From Pelagomonas calceolata (lineage: Eukaryota), in NCBI GenBank assembly GCA_918797485.1, contig CAKKNE010000005.1, positions 806,001 to 870,000 on the forward strand: a stretch of 64,000 nucleotides of DNA, given 5' to 3'. This document shows positions 44,790 to 55,461 of this stretch, one piece after another. Both the position numbers and the translations under genes were made by a program. The first letter of the stretch is position 1, and every line of letters begins with the position of its first letter. The notes beneath the pieces were generated by a model. That model saw nothing but the letters and a program-made list of their open reading frames with translations, did no database searches and had not been told where the DNA came from.

Positions 44790-45512
44790 TCACACCGCCG
44801 CGAAAGTCCCCGCGCCCACGACGTGCGCCGCGACCTCGTGGCCCGGCGACCACGACATCGGCGCGACGACGTGCGGCCGGTCGCCCGGCCCGCCGAGGAG
44901 CCGCGTCGACGAGAAGACGACGGCGCCCGGTAAAACTTCCTTCGCGAGCTTCTCGGCGAGCTGCCGGCGGAGGTCGTCGCCCAGAGCTAGAGTTGACGCG
45001 AAGACCACGTCCGCTCCTGACAGGTCCGCGCGGAGCATGTCGCCCTCGACGAAGGCGCAGCGCCGCGCGATACTAGAAGGAAGCGCCGCGCGCGCCCGCA
45101 CCGCCGCCCGATGACGGCCCGCGGCGAGCTCGTGGCCCGTGGCGGTCACGTTCGGCGCCAGCGCGGCCGCGTAGATCACGACGTGGCCCGCGCCCGAGCC
45201 CAAATCCACGAGCCGCTCGACGGGCCGTCCCGCCAGCCGCCGCGCGGCGGCGAGGAGCGCGTGCGCGCCGCCGGCGGTAATGTGGCCGAAAGTCGCGGCG
45301 CGGGCGTGGTCGAATTTGGCCGCGTCCGCGGCATCGAGCGTCCAGACCGTCGTCGCGTCCAAGGCTGTTGCGGCTATCTCGGCGTTTTCCCGCGCGACGG
45401 CGTCGAGCCCCTCGTAGGGGTCGGGTAGGCAGCTTGCTCCCGGCTCGACTGGGAGCCAGGCGGGCGCCGCGGCTGCTGCGGCGGCTCCGTAGAGGAGCAG
45501 TCTCACTCTCAT
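44790..45512 (-). CDS. DOT1-like class I SAM methyltransferase
   Basis: 'TFGHIT', 'LVDLGSGAGHVV', 'GHEL...RH', 'FVEGDML..DLSGADVVF'. Confidence 0.75.
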   Translation of the reverse strand: MRVRLLLYGAAAAAAAPAWLPVEPGASCLPDPYEGLDAVARENAEIAATALDATTVWTLDAADAAKFDHARAATFGHITAGGAHALLAAARRLAGRPVERLVDLGSGAGHVVIYAAALAPNVTATGHELAAGRHRAAVRARAALPSSIARRCAFVEGDMLRADLSGADVVFASTLALGDDLRRQLAEKLAKEVLPGAVVFSSTRLLGGPGDRPHVVAPMSWSPGHEVAAHVVGAGTFAAV

Positions 45513-45706
45513 CGCATCAACCGCTCTTTTAGCTTTGCGAGAGCCTTTGCCAATATTGAGCGGATGCCAATTCCAAAGCCGAACAGATGCCGAACAGATG
45601 CCGCAGCGAGGGAAGCTGCACAGGAGAGAGGCTTGCACCGGTTAGCACCAGCAGAGAGTCATTAGCCGCTGCTAGCCGGCTCATCCAAGCCTGCTGGCCA
45701 TGCGGG

Positions 45707-45727
45707 CTAGTGTCTTACGACCGCTAG
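45707..45727 (+). promoter_or_regulatory. CTAG-bounded intergenic motif copy
   Basis: ctagtgtcttacgaccgctag between divergent genes. Confidence 0.55.
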
Positions 45728-45881
45728 CTGCCGGCATCGGCTGGTCGATTGCGTCAGTCGCCTGAGTCGCCTGATGAGTCGAAACGATCTATAACCGAAA
45801 GCGACGGCCGAGAAACCAAGCCGCGCGAGGCCTCAAGCTTAAATTTTACAAAAACTCTAATTGCACATTAAAGACTGATCA

Positions 45882-47059
45882 ATGCGGCGCCTCGCCTGGC
45901 TCGTCTTGGCGACGGCCCGCGCGGCCCCGGACACCGACACGCTCCTCGCCCGCGCCGCCGCCCTCGAACGCTGGGTCAACCGCACCGGCCCCGCGCCGGC
46001 GAGCTGGACCATCTAGTATTGAAAAGCGTCCCTCACGAGCCTGACGTGGCCGCGCTGCTCCGACGCGCCGCCGCGCTCGACGCCTGGTGGGACAAGGGCA
46101 CGCCGCCGCCGGCCTGGACCGTCTCGGGAGCGACACAGGTCCGTCAACCGTGGCGCCGCATCGGCGCGCAGGCCAACGCGAAGGTCGTCTACCGCGCGAC
46201 CGTCGACCGCGACCGCGGCGCCGGCGTCTACGGCATCGAGTCGGTCGTCGTGAAACGAAGCCAGAAATCAAGTGATGCGGGCGGCGGCACTTTATATCTG
46301 GAAATGCTGTACCTCGAGGTTCTCCGGGGCGCGCCGGGCGTTCCTCGGTTATACGGCGCGTGGCGTGACGGCAAGCACGTCACTTATGTGGTTGGCGATT
46401 GTGGGGACCCCATCGGAAAAGGTCCGCCCGAGTATGGGACCGCGCCGACCGTGCTCTCGGACGCGTTCCGACGTAAAGCTGAGGCGCAGCCGTTGCAACT
46501 GGCGCGGTCACTGCTCGCGTGCTTCCGGTCGTGGGCCTCGACAGGCCACCTCCAAAATTCGTTCAAGGCCGAGCAGTTCACGATGACTTATAAAGGTGAG
46601 GTCTTCATGGTCGACGGACCGCGGTTATTGGCGAATGCCCCGCTCGGCGAGGCCGTCCTGCGGACCTGGGGCAGCAAGCTCGGCGAGAGCGCGTTGCAGA
46701 AGTTCCTGAATGCACAGCGTGTCAAGTGCGAAACGGACGACGACTGCCCTCCCACAAAAAATAATCACTCGTGCCGCCGCCCGGGGTCCTGCGAGGCCGG
46801 CGCGCGCGGCGCGCCCGAGGCGCGCGGGAAGTGTCTCGAGGGCACGTGTGCGCTTCTTTCCGAAAAGACACACGTCTACGACGTCGCCAACAGACCGTGG
46901 CTGCTCCCTTACATCGCGGACCGAGCGACGGGCGGCGACCGGGCCTTTTTGCTCGCCTTGATCCGCCACGCGTCGGCCGAGGATCCAGACGACCGGCCGT
47001 CGTTCGCGGAGCTTGTTGGGGCGATCGATCGTCGCGTCGATGGCGTAACCGTGAATTAA
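45882..47059 (+). CDS. secreted atypical kinase-like protein (PKDCC/POMK/FAM69-like); frame break near 46014-46019
   Basis: 'VVVKR..EMLYLEVLRGAPGVPRLYG', 'FKAEQF...VFMVD', 'CETDDDC', 'DDRPSFAEL'. The signal peptide lies in an upstream out-of-frame mini-ORF. Confidence 0.6.
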
Positions 47060-47063
47060 GTGG

Positions 47064-47085
47064 CTAGCGGCCTGTAAGACACTAG
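47064..47085 (-). promoter_or_regulatory. CTAG-bounded intergenic motif copy
   Basis: ctagcggcctgtaagacactag, about 195 bp upstream of ATG 47279. Confidence 0.55.
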
Positions 47086-47278
47086 CCAGGCTCGAGCCGG
47101 GTCGTCGCGTGACGCTGCCGTCCTAGGGGCAACAATTGGCTGCAACACAGTGATTACGGCACGGCTCCACGTTGCCTAACACCCGTCGCCAAGCCCTATA
47201 GCGCAGGACGAGCAGTTTCAAAAAGAGAGCTGCTCTCCTTGCTGCAAGAGAGGCCAGGGGTGACGCGCCGGCGCCACG

Positions 47279-49330
47279 ATGCTCCTCCGCCGCGCCCTGC
47301 AGCGCCGGCCCATCACGACCTCACTCAAAAGGGCCCAGCCCGGCAAGCCCGGCACGCTCATACTTTTACGACATGGCGAGAGCACCTGGAACGCGGGCAA
47401 GCTTTTTACTGGTTGGGTAGATGTGGACCTGTCGGCGCGCGGCCGGCGGGAGATGGAGCACGCCGCGCAACTCATGTTGGAGCGGGGCTACAAGGTGGAT
47501 GCGGTCTATACTTCTGTCCTTAAAAGAGCTGTGACGTCGACGATGGTCCTACTGGCTGAATTGAGACAAACGTATAGACCGGTAGTAAAGGACTGGCGAC
47601 TCAATGAAAGGCACTACGGCGCCCTGCAAGGCCTGTCGAAGGCTCGCTTGGCCAAAGAGCTCGGGGGCGATAAAGCCACGAGGATACGCGCGTCCTTCGA
47701 CGACCGCCCTCCAGAAATGCCCGCGGACCACACTCTGTCGCCGTTGCGAGAACGGAAGTATGATGGTGTGGAGCGTGCGAGAATACCGCTCGCTGAAAGT
47801 TTGCGAGATTGTCTCGAGAGGGTAAGACCGCTCTGGCACGAAAATATCCGCAAGGACTTGCTGGCGGGCCACGACGTGCTCGTGGTGGCGCACGGTAATA
47901 GTCTGAGAGGCCTCGTGAAGGAGATCGACGGCATCGACGATAGCGCGATCGAGAAGGTCGCGGTGCCGAACGGGATCCCCCTCGTCTACCGCTTCGAGCA
48001 GGTCAACAACGAGCTGAAGGTCGTGAAAGGAGAGTCTGACGTAATTTCCGGCGAGTTCCTCGAAGAACGAGGGTTGCTGCGGACCGCTCTAGCTAGAGAG
48101 GAGAAACGGAGAACGGGTGATGACGAGGACGCGCCTGTGTCCGGCGAGGCCGAGCTCACACCTCTTGAGAGATCGTTAGCTACCCTCGAAAGTCGGAGGC
48201 GGGTCTTCGCGGACCTAGCCGGTTCGGAAGAGACGCCGGAACCGTCCCCAGGCAAGGCCGACGCGGTGTTAGCTACGCGACGGAAACGACGACACAGAAG
48301 GCATCTCAGGAAGGCCCTCCCGGGCGAGCCCGACCCGCCTCCATTGCTAGTCATCATCAGGCACGGCAAGACAACCCATAATAAGTTAGGGCTCTTTACG
48401 GGATGGGAGGACGCGCCCTTAGCTCCCGAGGGTAGGCGAGAAGCTTCCGAAGCGGGCGCGTTGATGGCGGCGCACGGCATCAAGCTAGATGTCGTATATA
48501 CCTCATGGTTGAGTAGGGCCATAGAAACGGCGTGGCTCGCGCTCGCACCGCTCGACATGGTCTGGCTCCCGATCGTGAAGACCTGGCGCTTGAACGAGCG
48601 CATGTACGGCGCTTTGACCGGTCTCAGTAAGAAGATGATCCAGCAGGAGTACGGCGACGCGCAGTTCCGGAAGTGGCGGCGCGGCTACGCCGAACGGCCG
48701 CCTGCGGTGAGTCCGTTCTCACCGCACTACCCCGGGAACGACGAGCGGTACACAACGTATGCCCACGACCTGCCCGTGTCTTTCCTACAGTCGGCGATTC
48801 GCAGCATAGCCCACGGTCGCATCGAGGAGCACCCGGCCTTGCCAAGGGCCGAGTCGTTAAAGGACTGCATGGAGCGCGTCACACCGTACTATATAGATAC
48901 GATCCAGAAGGCGCTTGATGAACGTAAGAATGTATTGGTGGCGTCGTCCGAAAACGCGATTCGCGGGTTACTCATGCACCTGTGCGAAATTCCCGAAGAT
49001 CGCGTGCCGGAGATTGAGATTCCTACCGGTATTCCCATGCTCTTCGACTTCGAGCGGCGGTGCGTTCGTTTATTGGACGACGGTCAAAGTCCGGCGCCGC
49101 GGGAGCGGTATAATTTTGGCACGGGCGGCGATTTATTGTTCACGCCGAGCGATAGTGATGCGACCTTCGACCCGCACGTGCGGCTCGACGACGAGTTCAT
49201 AGTGGATGAGGTGGACGCGGAATGCGACAAGGAAATCGCGGCGGACCTCGAGGCGGTCCAGCGCGTCGAGCAGTTTTACGGGGTCCGCGGGCACCTCGCG
49301 GCGCGGCCGTCGTCGCCGACGGACTGCTAG
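47279..49330 (+). CDS. tandem 2,3-BPG-dependent phosphoglycerate mutase (two gpmA-type domains), mitochondrial leader
   Basis: 'LLRHGESTWN..FTGW.D...WRLNERHYGALQG...AHGNSLR' and 'IIRHGKTTHN..FTGW.D...WRLNERMYGALTG...ESLKD'. Confidence 0.92.
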   Translation: MLLRRALQRRPITTSLKRAQPGKPGTLILLRHGESTWNAGKLFTGWVDVDLSARGRREMEHAAQLMLERGYKVDAVYTSVLKRAVTSTMVLLAELRQTYRPVVKDWRLNERHYGALQGLSKARLAKELGGDKATRIRASFDDRPPEMPADHTLSPLRERKYDGVERARIPLAESLRDCLERVRPLWHENIRKDLLAGHDVLVVAHGNSLRGLVKEIDGIDDSAIEKVAVPNGIPLVYRFEQVNNELKVVKGESDVISGEFLEERGLLRTALAREEKRRTGDDEDAPVSGEAELTPLERSLATLESRRRVFADLAGSEETPEPSPGKADAVLATRRKRRHRRHLRKALPGEPDPPPLLVIIRHGKTTHNKLGLFTGWEDAPLAPEGRREASEAGALMAAHGIKLDVVYTSWLSRAIETAWLALAPLDMVWLPIVKTWRLNERMYGALTGLSKKMIQQEYGDAQFRKWRRGYAERPPAVSPFSPHYPGNDERYTTYAHDLPVSFLQSAIRSIAHGRIEEHPALPRAESLKDCMERVTPYYIDTIQKALDERKNVLVASSENAIRGLLMHLCEIPEDRVPEIEIPTGIPMLFDFERRCVRLLDDGQSPAPRERYNFGTGGDLLFTPSDSDATFDPHVRLDDEFIVDEVDAECDKEIAADLEAVQRVEQFYGVRGHLAARPSSPTDC

Positions 49331-49442
49331 CATATGCAAGTTTAAGTACTTAGTTTACTAGACAGTTTACACATTTGATCGACGTCGCGTCGATGGCGTC
49401 GAGGCGGACGCGTCGAAGCCCCCACGCCATCGAGCGGACGCG

Positions 49443-50420
49443 TCACGCCCGCGACCCGACGAAGCACGCCGCGTCGTACGCTTGGGCCACGTACCTCTCG
49501 AACTCCGCCGCGCTACACCCCTCGAAGTCCGACGCAGCCAAGGGCCGGAAGTAGTTGCCCCGCGCGGCCTTGTCGCGGCCGATCGCGAAGATCGACGCTC
49601 CGGCAAAAACGACGGCGCCCCTTCCGTTCTGCAGAGAATCGAGCAGCGCTGAATTCGCCGGCTTTGCTAGGTAAGATCGGAAGAGCTCCTTCGCCGACGA
49701 CGGCGCGCCCTTGCGGACGCAGTGCACGGCCGAGGTCGAACACCCCGGTGCGCTCGCAGCACCCTGTGCATCGAGCCAGGCCAAATGTAGATCGGTGCTA
49801 CCCTTGGCAACCAATAGCACGTGGGTCACACGAGGCGACAGCAACCGTTGTAGCTCCCCTTCGACAGAGAGCAGCGTACACCGCCCCTCGACCTCGGGAT
49901 GAACAACCACAAAACGTCGGTGGGGAAAGGCCTCTGACAATCTCCGTCTCCTTTCCAGTCTCATCTCGAGCGTGCCACCAGTTAACACATGAGAATGGGT
50001 GCCGTCCGGAAATAAACTTTCGGCGCCGGCACGGTCGTTGGCGTCCAACCGCTCCATCATCTGGCGCTGGTCCCGCCCCCCTAGATCCAAGCGTTTGAGC
50101 TGCTTCAGGGACGTCCTTTGTGTCACACCGAGGTCCGCGGGCGTCACCGTCGCTCTAGCTATGGATCCGTCGTAAAACAGGCTCTCGAAGCGTTTTGACC
50201 GCAAAGCCAGGGACCAGGTCGCGTAGGTGTTGCCTTGCCGCAATAGGGTCGAGAGTAACTGGCGCCCGGCGGTCCATCCATCGGAGCCCGTCGGGTGCGC
50301 ACACATGGCTAATGCTGCGCGTTCGATGCGTTGCTGCCGTTTTTTGGCGTAGAGGTAGAGGTAGGCAGCCGCCGCGGCGGCGCCCAAGGCCCATCGTTCC
50401 CTTTGTTGGGGGGCGGCCAT
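49443..50420 (-). CDS. hypothetical protein with N-terminal membrane anchor
   Basis: Long ORF with 'WALGAAAAAAYLYLY'; no family recognised. Confidence 0.5.
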   Translation of the reverse strand: MAAPQQRERWALGAAAAAAYLYLYAKKRQQRIERAALAMCAHPTGSDGWTAGRQLLSTLLRQGNTYATWSLALRSKRFESLFYDGSIARATVTPADLGVTQRTSLKQLKRLDLGGRDQRQMMERLDANDRAGAESLFPDGTHSHVLTGGTLEMRLERRRRLSEAFPHRRFVVVHPEVEGRCTLLSVEGELQRLLSPRVTHVLLVAKGSTDLHLAWLDAQGAASAPGCSTSAVHCVRKGAPSSAKELFRSYLAKPANSALLDSLQNGRGAVVFAGASIFAIGRDKAARGNYFRPLAASDFEGCSAAEFERYVAQAYDAACFVGSRA

Positions 50421-50609
50421 CGTTGCGGGGCAGCGGCGCAGCCGCAACGCGGTCGCAACGTCGCAACTGAAAATCGGTCAGGGGCAGCCCCTGTTTCGGC
50501 TGCAACAACAATCACGTTCCTCGTAAAACGCTTGCTAGTGCGTCTAGCTAGTGCGAAGAATCCTACGCCATCGCCGTGTCGTCGTCCTGGTAAAGAAACA
50601 ACAACAAGG

Positions 50610-52250
50610 TTAAAGTTCCACGCGCTTCGCTTGATCCGTTGGGCTCACCCACTCGCTCTCCGAGTCCCTCGACGCCCCCGTCCAGCGCTGGTCCGTCTGC
50701 CACTTGTCGATCTCCGCCAGCCGCGCCTCCAAAATGGCCGGGTCGTAGGGTCGTGGTGGCGGCGGCTCGTCGCGCCGCTTGAGTGTGATCAAGTACTGGC
50801 GCACGTCGGATTCGTCATAAAAGGAATTCGCCGCGTCACTGCCGGCGTCGGCCGCCAAAGCCTCCAAGAGACTTCGAGGAGCCTTCTGGTCTTCGCCGTA
50901 GTGCATCCTGAGTAGCGGTGCCGCCTCTATAAACCCGGCAGCGTCCGCGAGGCGCATAAACGACGAATAAGTGAACCAGCGGAGGTGCGTCCGATCCAAC
51001 ACACCATGGGGCGCGTAGTCCCATGCTCCCGTTAGTAAAGGCCGCACGAACTCGGGCCAGAAACGTATATTGGGTAACGATATACACAAGACACCGCCCC
51101 GCGTTAACTTTGGTGATAGCGCTCTTAACAGTTTATCGGGATGCACCAGGTGCTCCAACACATCAGATAGGATGATGGCGTCGTAGGTATCATCTGAGAA
51201 AATGTTCGCTATTTCCGGCATACTACCATGCGTGATGCTATCTAAATGTTCTTTGGCCGCGAGTGCGGCAATCGGGTCGGGCTCGACGCCATCAATAATT
51301 AACGAGGGCCGTTCTTCCTTAAGTTTTTTCAGGAACAAACCGGCGCCGCAGCCGACGTCCAGAACACGTGTCGCATTCGCAGGAACCAACCGCGCCACGT
51401 GTTCGTTGAAGGTCGCGAAGTACTTGGGGATCACTGCGAAAGGTTCACCAGTGGCTTGGACGCCCTCCAAATTCAGCCAGACTCTCTCCACAGCCTCTTG
51501 TGTCGCGTTCCACCATGGACCAACGCGCACGGCTCGTATGGCGTGGTCCTTGCCGAAGTAAGCACCCTCATATAAAGAAGCTCTCTCGTCTCGCTCGTTC
51601 AATCTAGTACGTAGAATGCGACCGTCAATGACATCACAGGGAGGCGTCAGCACGTCGTCTACAATCTCCATGCGACGTTCAGCCTGGATCAAGGGCCCGG
51701 TACCCGGCACGGTCGCGGCGATCGCGTCGTCGCACCCATCTTTGGCGAAGAACACGAAAGGAAACCCCGCGGCGTCCAACGCGTCGGACCACTTCTCCGG
51801 TGATAATGTAGACGTGGCGTTGTTCGTCGTCCCTATGAGCAGCCTCCCTTCGGGGTGCATGAGCTCCCTCAGTCTTCGAGCGTAGGCCATTCCCGACTCT
51901 CTGCTGAAATCCCAGTGGTCTATGGCTACGACTGCTGCGGCTTTATGTGGTACGAGAGGTACGTCCCCAACGAAGCAGTGCGCCCCGTCTCTGGAACACA
52001 ACTCGTCCCAGGCGTCATTCCTCTCCGCTGCAGTCATTACGAGAGTGCCGAGGCGCGACCGCATCGACTCGGCAAGTGGCGCGATCTCCGGTATTGTCGT
52101 GGCATGTGCACCGAGCAACAGAACGCCCCAGCCTTCCAGCTGGTCCCGGTCGATGCCCCGTTTGTACTGCTCTAGTCCTTGGGCGCCGCACCACCGCTTG
52201 GTCTTCTTGGCTGCCGCCGCGTGCAGGATGGCAAATGCGGCGAGGCGCAT
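50610..52250 (-). CDS. secreted class I SAM methyltransferase (Methyltransf_23, glycan/O-antigen type)
   Basis: 'VLDVGCGAG', 'YDAIILSDVLEHLVHP', 'SLPN', 'WDY...GVLDRTHLRWFT'. Confidence 0.85.
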   Translation of the reverse strand: MRLAAFAILHAAAAKKTKRWCGAQGLEQYKRGIDRDQLEGWGVLLLGAHATTIPEIAPLAESMRSRLGTLVMTAAERNDAWDELCSRDGAHCFVGDVPLVPHKAAAVVAIDHWDFSRESGMAYARRLRELMHPEGRLLIGTTNNATSTLSPEKWSDALDAAGFPFVFFAKDGCDDAIAATVPGTGPLIQAERRMEIVDDVLTPPCDVIDGRILRTRLNERDERASLYEGAYFGKDHAIRAVRVGPWWNATQEAVERVWLNLEGVQATGEPFAVIPKYFATFNEHVARLVPANATRVLDVGCGAGLFLKKLKEERPSLIIDGVEPDPIAALAAKEHLDSITHGSMPEIANIFSDDTYDAIILSDVLEHLVHPDKLLRALSPKLTRGGVLCISLPNIRFWPEFVRPLLTGAWDYAPHGVLDRTHLRWFTYSSFMRLADAAGFIEAAPLLRMHYGEDQKAPRSLLEALAADAGSDAANSFYDESDVRQYLITLKRRDEPPPPRPYDPAILEARLAEIDKWQTDQRWTGASRDSESEWVSPTDQAKRVEL

Positions 52251-52664
52251 GGCTCGTTTTGATGGGTGCAGCCTGCTGGCGAGCTATGCGCTCTGCGCCG
52301 CGGCAGCGACTCGTTTTTCGGGCAGCCTCTCAATTGCATGCATGGGGGCGAGCCGAACGGTACGCGGTGGAGTACGGTAGACATCCAGAGCGGTGGTGAG
52401 GTGTATGATTCTCGTTTGGACTCTTCATTTATTCATACCGTGAAAGACTCACTAGAGAGACCGCTCCTCCCGAGACGCGATTTGAGCTGTGAACTTTGTG
52501 CGCGGCGCCATTTATCGATTGCGCAGCGCGAGAGGCTCTTATCTAGTTCGCATCGCTGCGCGGAAAGAGCCGCGGCACGCGCGCGCCCCGCCATTTCAAA
52601 TACAAAGGCAGAGCGCATTTGAAGCGCAGCGCAGCGCAGCGCAGGACACGAAGAGAGCGCAACG

Positions 52665-55262
52665 ATGGCGACCGTCACGCCCTCGGCCGTCGCCAAGCTC
52701 TGGCGCAAGGACGTGCCGAGGGAGGCGCGCTACGCGGGCCTTCGAGACTTACTGGAAGAGGACGCATCGGACAACAGAGACTCGTTGACAGTAAAAACAA
52801 CACCAAGGGATTGTACGACGAAGGAGCTCGACGAACATCTGCCGGACTACGCCCCTTCTATAGTGGGTGCTTTGTTACAAGACCTCCGCGCTTCCAATGA
52901 TAGGGCGGCGGCGGAGTGCTTGTCATTGTTGGTAAGGGTCGCCGGGCGCCGCCCGTCGAAACTCGCGTCGTCCTTGGTAGAGGCGGGACTCACGAGGCAA
53001 GCTCTGTCAAGGGCAGCCTTGGATGCCGCGCGGACATCACTCCAAAATAACGAACTGGACGCGGCGAGTGCGGCTCTAGAAGCCTACGCCTGCGGCCCGT
53101 CGAAGGGCCCCGAGCCGGCAGAATATGCATCAAGGTGGTGCGTCGTGGCCTGCGCTGCACTGAAGAAGAATGACTCTCGTTTAGAAACCGCGGCTCTCTC
53201 AGTCCTGGATGCTGTGGTACGTAGAAGTACCACAGACCCGGCCTACGCGTTGTGTGCGTTCAAATCCTCAAAAGCTGGAGAACGCAGTTTTCACAGCCCG
53301 ACGCAAGTCGACGACGACGGTTATTGGGACTGTGCCCTCGCGTCGAGGTGCGCCGACCCGAGACCGTACGTCGCCAGGGCCGTCGCCGCGTCGTTAAGAA
53401 GGGCCGCTTCTACCTTGAGACGAGGTCGACCTTTATCAGATTGGCTCTCGCAACGAACGCTGACGGAACTGTTGATCCCGGCCTGGAAGGATCAACTGAG
53501 AAACGGGACCGACGTCTGCGATTCAATAGGAGCGTTGTTGGACTGCTGCCATCCTTCGCCGCTATTCAACGGCGACGCCAAGGCCGCCAAGGCCCTCGTT
53601 CCTTTGCTCTCGGAATGTAGGAACAAAGCGACGAACGCACTCACGCAAGACAAAGACTCGACACCTTTGAAGCAGTTCTTTACCGCGTGGGACGCCGTGT
53701 TCCGCTGCTTGCGGGGTGTGGACGATGAAAGGTGGTGCCGCGCCGCGCGCCAGCACGGAAAAATGCTGGCGAGGCCCTACGCTGCGGCCTACGTCCGAGC
53801 GGCTCAGTCAGGTTCCTACGGCCTGGAGCTGATCACGGCGGCCTGCGACGAGCCCCGAGCGTTAGAGAGAGTGCTCAAGAGCTTAGGGAAGGCTTTTTCG
53901 GACGACGTCGACGAAAATAACATGGCAGCTCTCTGTGAACGCGCGCCGGCGCCTTTGCTCGCTAGAAGTCTCGCCAAGTTGTTGAGAAGGTGCGAGGAGG
54001 CGTATGTCGTGAAAGCTACCATAGTGGTCCTAGAGCATTGCCTCGCGAAGCACTGCGACCGGCACGGCATCTGTGACGCGGTGCGGAAGCTAGCTAGACG
54101 GCGTATTGGTAGAGATAAGCTCAGGAAGATCGTTTGTTCAGCGGGCGGTGACATTCTAGGTGCTTACATTGATGAAGGCGTCGACGGCTTTGATCTCATC
54201 GCCGCAGCAAAGAGTGGTGATGTTTCATTCGCCGCGCGAGTTGAGGGTACATCACTACTGAAAGCTCTTGAAAAAGCCGAAGCTTCTGAAGATAGGGAGA
54301 CACTACTCATAGCGTGGCGCGCCCACCCCAAAGATTATGCTCGACTGTGGGCCTGGCCTCTGCTGTCGGCCATCGACACGAACCAGACGACGGGACTCGA
54401 CGAAGCTGATAATTGGGGCCAGAATCTGGCACGAGTCGGGCGCCGTAAATCGGGTGATTCGGTGGAAGCGGTCGCGGTCGTCACGCAAGTGCGCGAGACG
54501 CTCGAGGACGCGACGCAAGAGGTGAGTGCCGAAACGCTCGCGGCCGCGTGTTGCTTTTGTGCGGCTTTGCTAGACGCGAGCGGCTACGACGCCGTTGGTT
54601 TACCAAGGGCCGTCGCCGACGCGGCTTATATACTGAAGCGGACCGTCGCCGTGGACGGTAAGTTTGGCGACCTCGCGGACTCGATCGGCGTCGCACTGGC
54701 GCGGAACGATAGTGTAGATCTGTGCACGGACGTGTGCAAGGCGATTCAGGAGTGCGTGCCGAAGCTGCTGGAACGTGACATCGCGTTCGTCGGCAATGTG
54801 TTAGATGCTCTAGATGGGAAAGCGGATAGGCTGACGGAGGCGGCGGCGCCGTTGTTGGCCGCTTCATACAACGACGACCGCGTGGCGCGAAGGGCCGACG
54901 ACGCGTGGTCGAGGATCAAGCCGGAAGACCCAGCGAAGCAGCCGGCGGACGTTAGAGTGGCCTGCGGCGCCTTCGTGCGGAGGGGAGGAAGGCAGCAGCC
55001 CCTGACATTAGGGAAGCGGTCCGTGGAAGCGCCGACGCCGGCCCCCAAGAAGCTCAAAACGCCGATCTCCGGGGTTAGTGGCGACGCGCGGCTGTCCTAC
55101 GCGCTCGCCGAGGTCGGGACGCAGTCGTCCCAGGACCTGACGCAGGAGCCGCGCCGCCGCGCGAACATCAAAGGAGATTATGCGTTGGCGAACTCCCAGA
55201 CGGATCTTCCCGCTGCGTGGGCCGCGCGGCTCGACAAGGCGCCGAGCCAGTCGCAGGGGTAA
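52665..55262 (+). CDS. helical-repeat (HEAT/ARM-like) protein with C-terminal SQ/TQ cluster
   Basis: 865-aa A/L-rich helical ORF; 'GTQSSQDLTQ', 'SQSQ', NLS-like 'PKKLK'. Confidence 0.55.
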   Translation: MATVTPSAVAKLWRKDVPREARYAGLRDLLEEDASDNRDSLTVKTTPRDCTTKELDEHLPDYAPSIVGALLQDLRASNDRAAAECLSLLVRVAGRRPSKLASSLVEAGLTRQALSRAALDAARTSLQNNELDAASAALEAYACGPSKGPEPAEYASRWCVVACAALKKNDSRLETAALSVLDAVVRRSTTDPAYALCAFKSSKAGERSFHSPTQVDDDGYWDCALASRCADPRPYVARAVAASLRRAASTLRRGRPLSDWLSQRTLTELLIPAWKDQLRNGTDVCDSIGALLDCCHPSPLFNGDAKAAKALVPLLSECRNKATNALTQDKDSTPLKQFFTAWDAVFRCLRGVDDERWCRAARQHGKMLARPYAAAYVRAAQSGSYGLELITAACDEPRALERVLKSLGKAFSDDVDENNMAALCERAPAPLLARSLAKLLRRCEEAYVVKATIVVLEHCLAKHCDRHGICDAVRKLARRRIGRDKLRKIVCSAGGDILGAYIDEGVDGFDLIAAAKSGDVSFAARVEGTSLLKALEKAEASEDRETLLIAWRAHPKDYARLWAWPLLSAIDTNQTTGLDEADNWGQNLARVGRRKSGDSVEAVAVVTQVRETLEDATQEVSAETLAAACCFCAALLDASGYDAVGLPRAVADAAYILKRTVAVDGKFGDLADSIGVALARNDSVDLCTDVCKAIQECVPKLLERDIAFVGNVLDALDGKADRLTEAAAPLLAASYNDDRVARRADDAWSRIKPEDPAKQPADVRVACGAFVRRGGRQQPLTLGKRSVEAPTPAPKKLKTPISGVSGDARLSYALAEVGTQSSQDLTQEPRRRANIKGDYALANSQTDLPAAWAARLDKAPSQSQG

Positions 55263-55461
55263 GGAGTCATGTGTGCATTGTAGAGTCGCTAGGTAGCCCC
55301 TCTAGCGCAGCTCTCCGGACGACACGAAGACTTGAGCTTGTTGTCTTCGCCTCACACGTCGGCTTCTAGCCGATACAGCACTGCGCTGCAACGCTACTGG
55401 TCGCGCCGAACCGGAACGCGTCACGCTGCACGCGTCACGGACCGCCTACACAAGTGCAATA

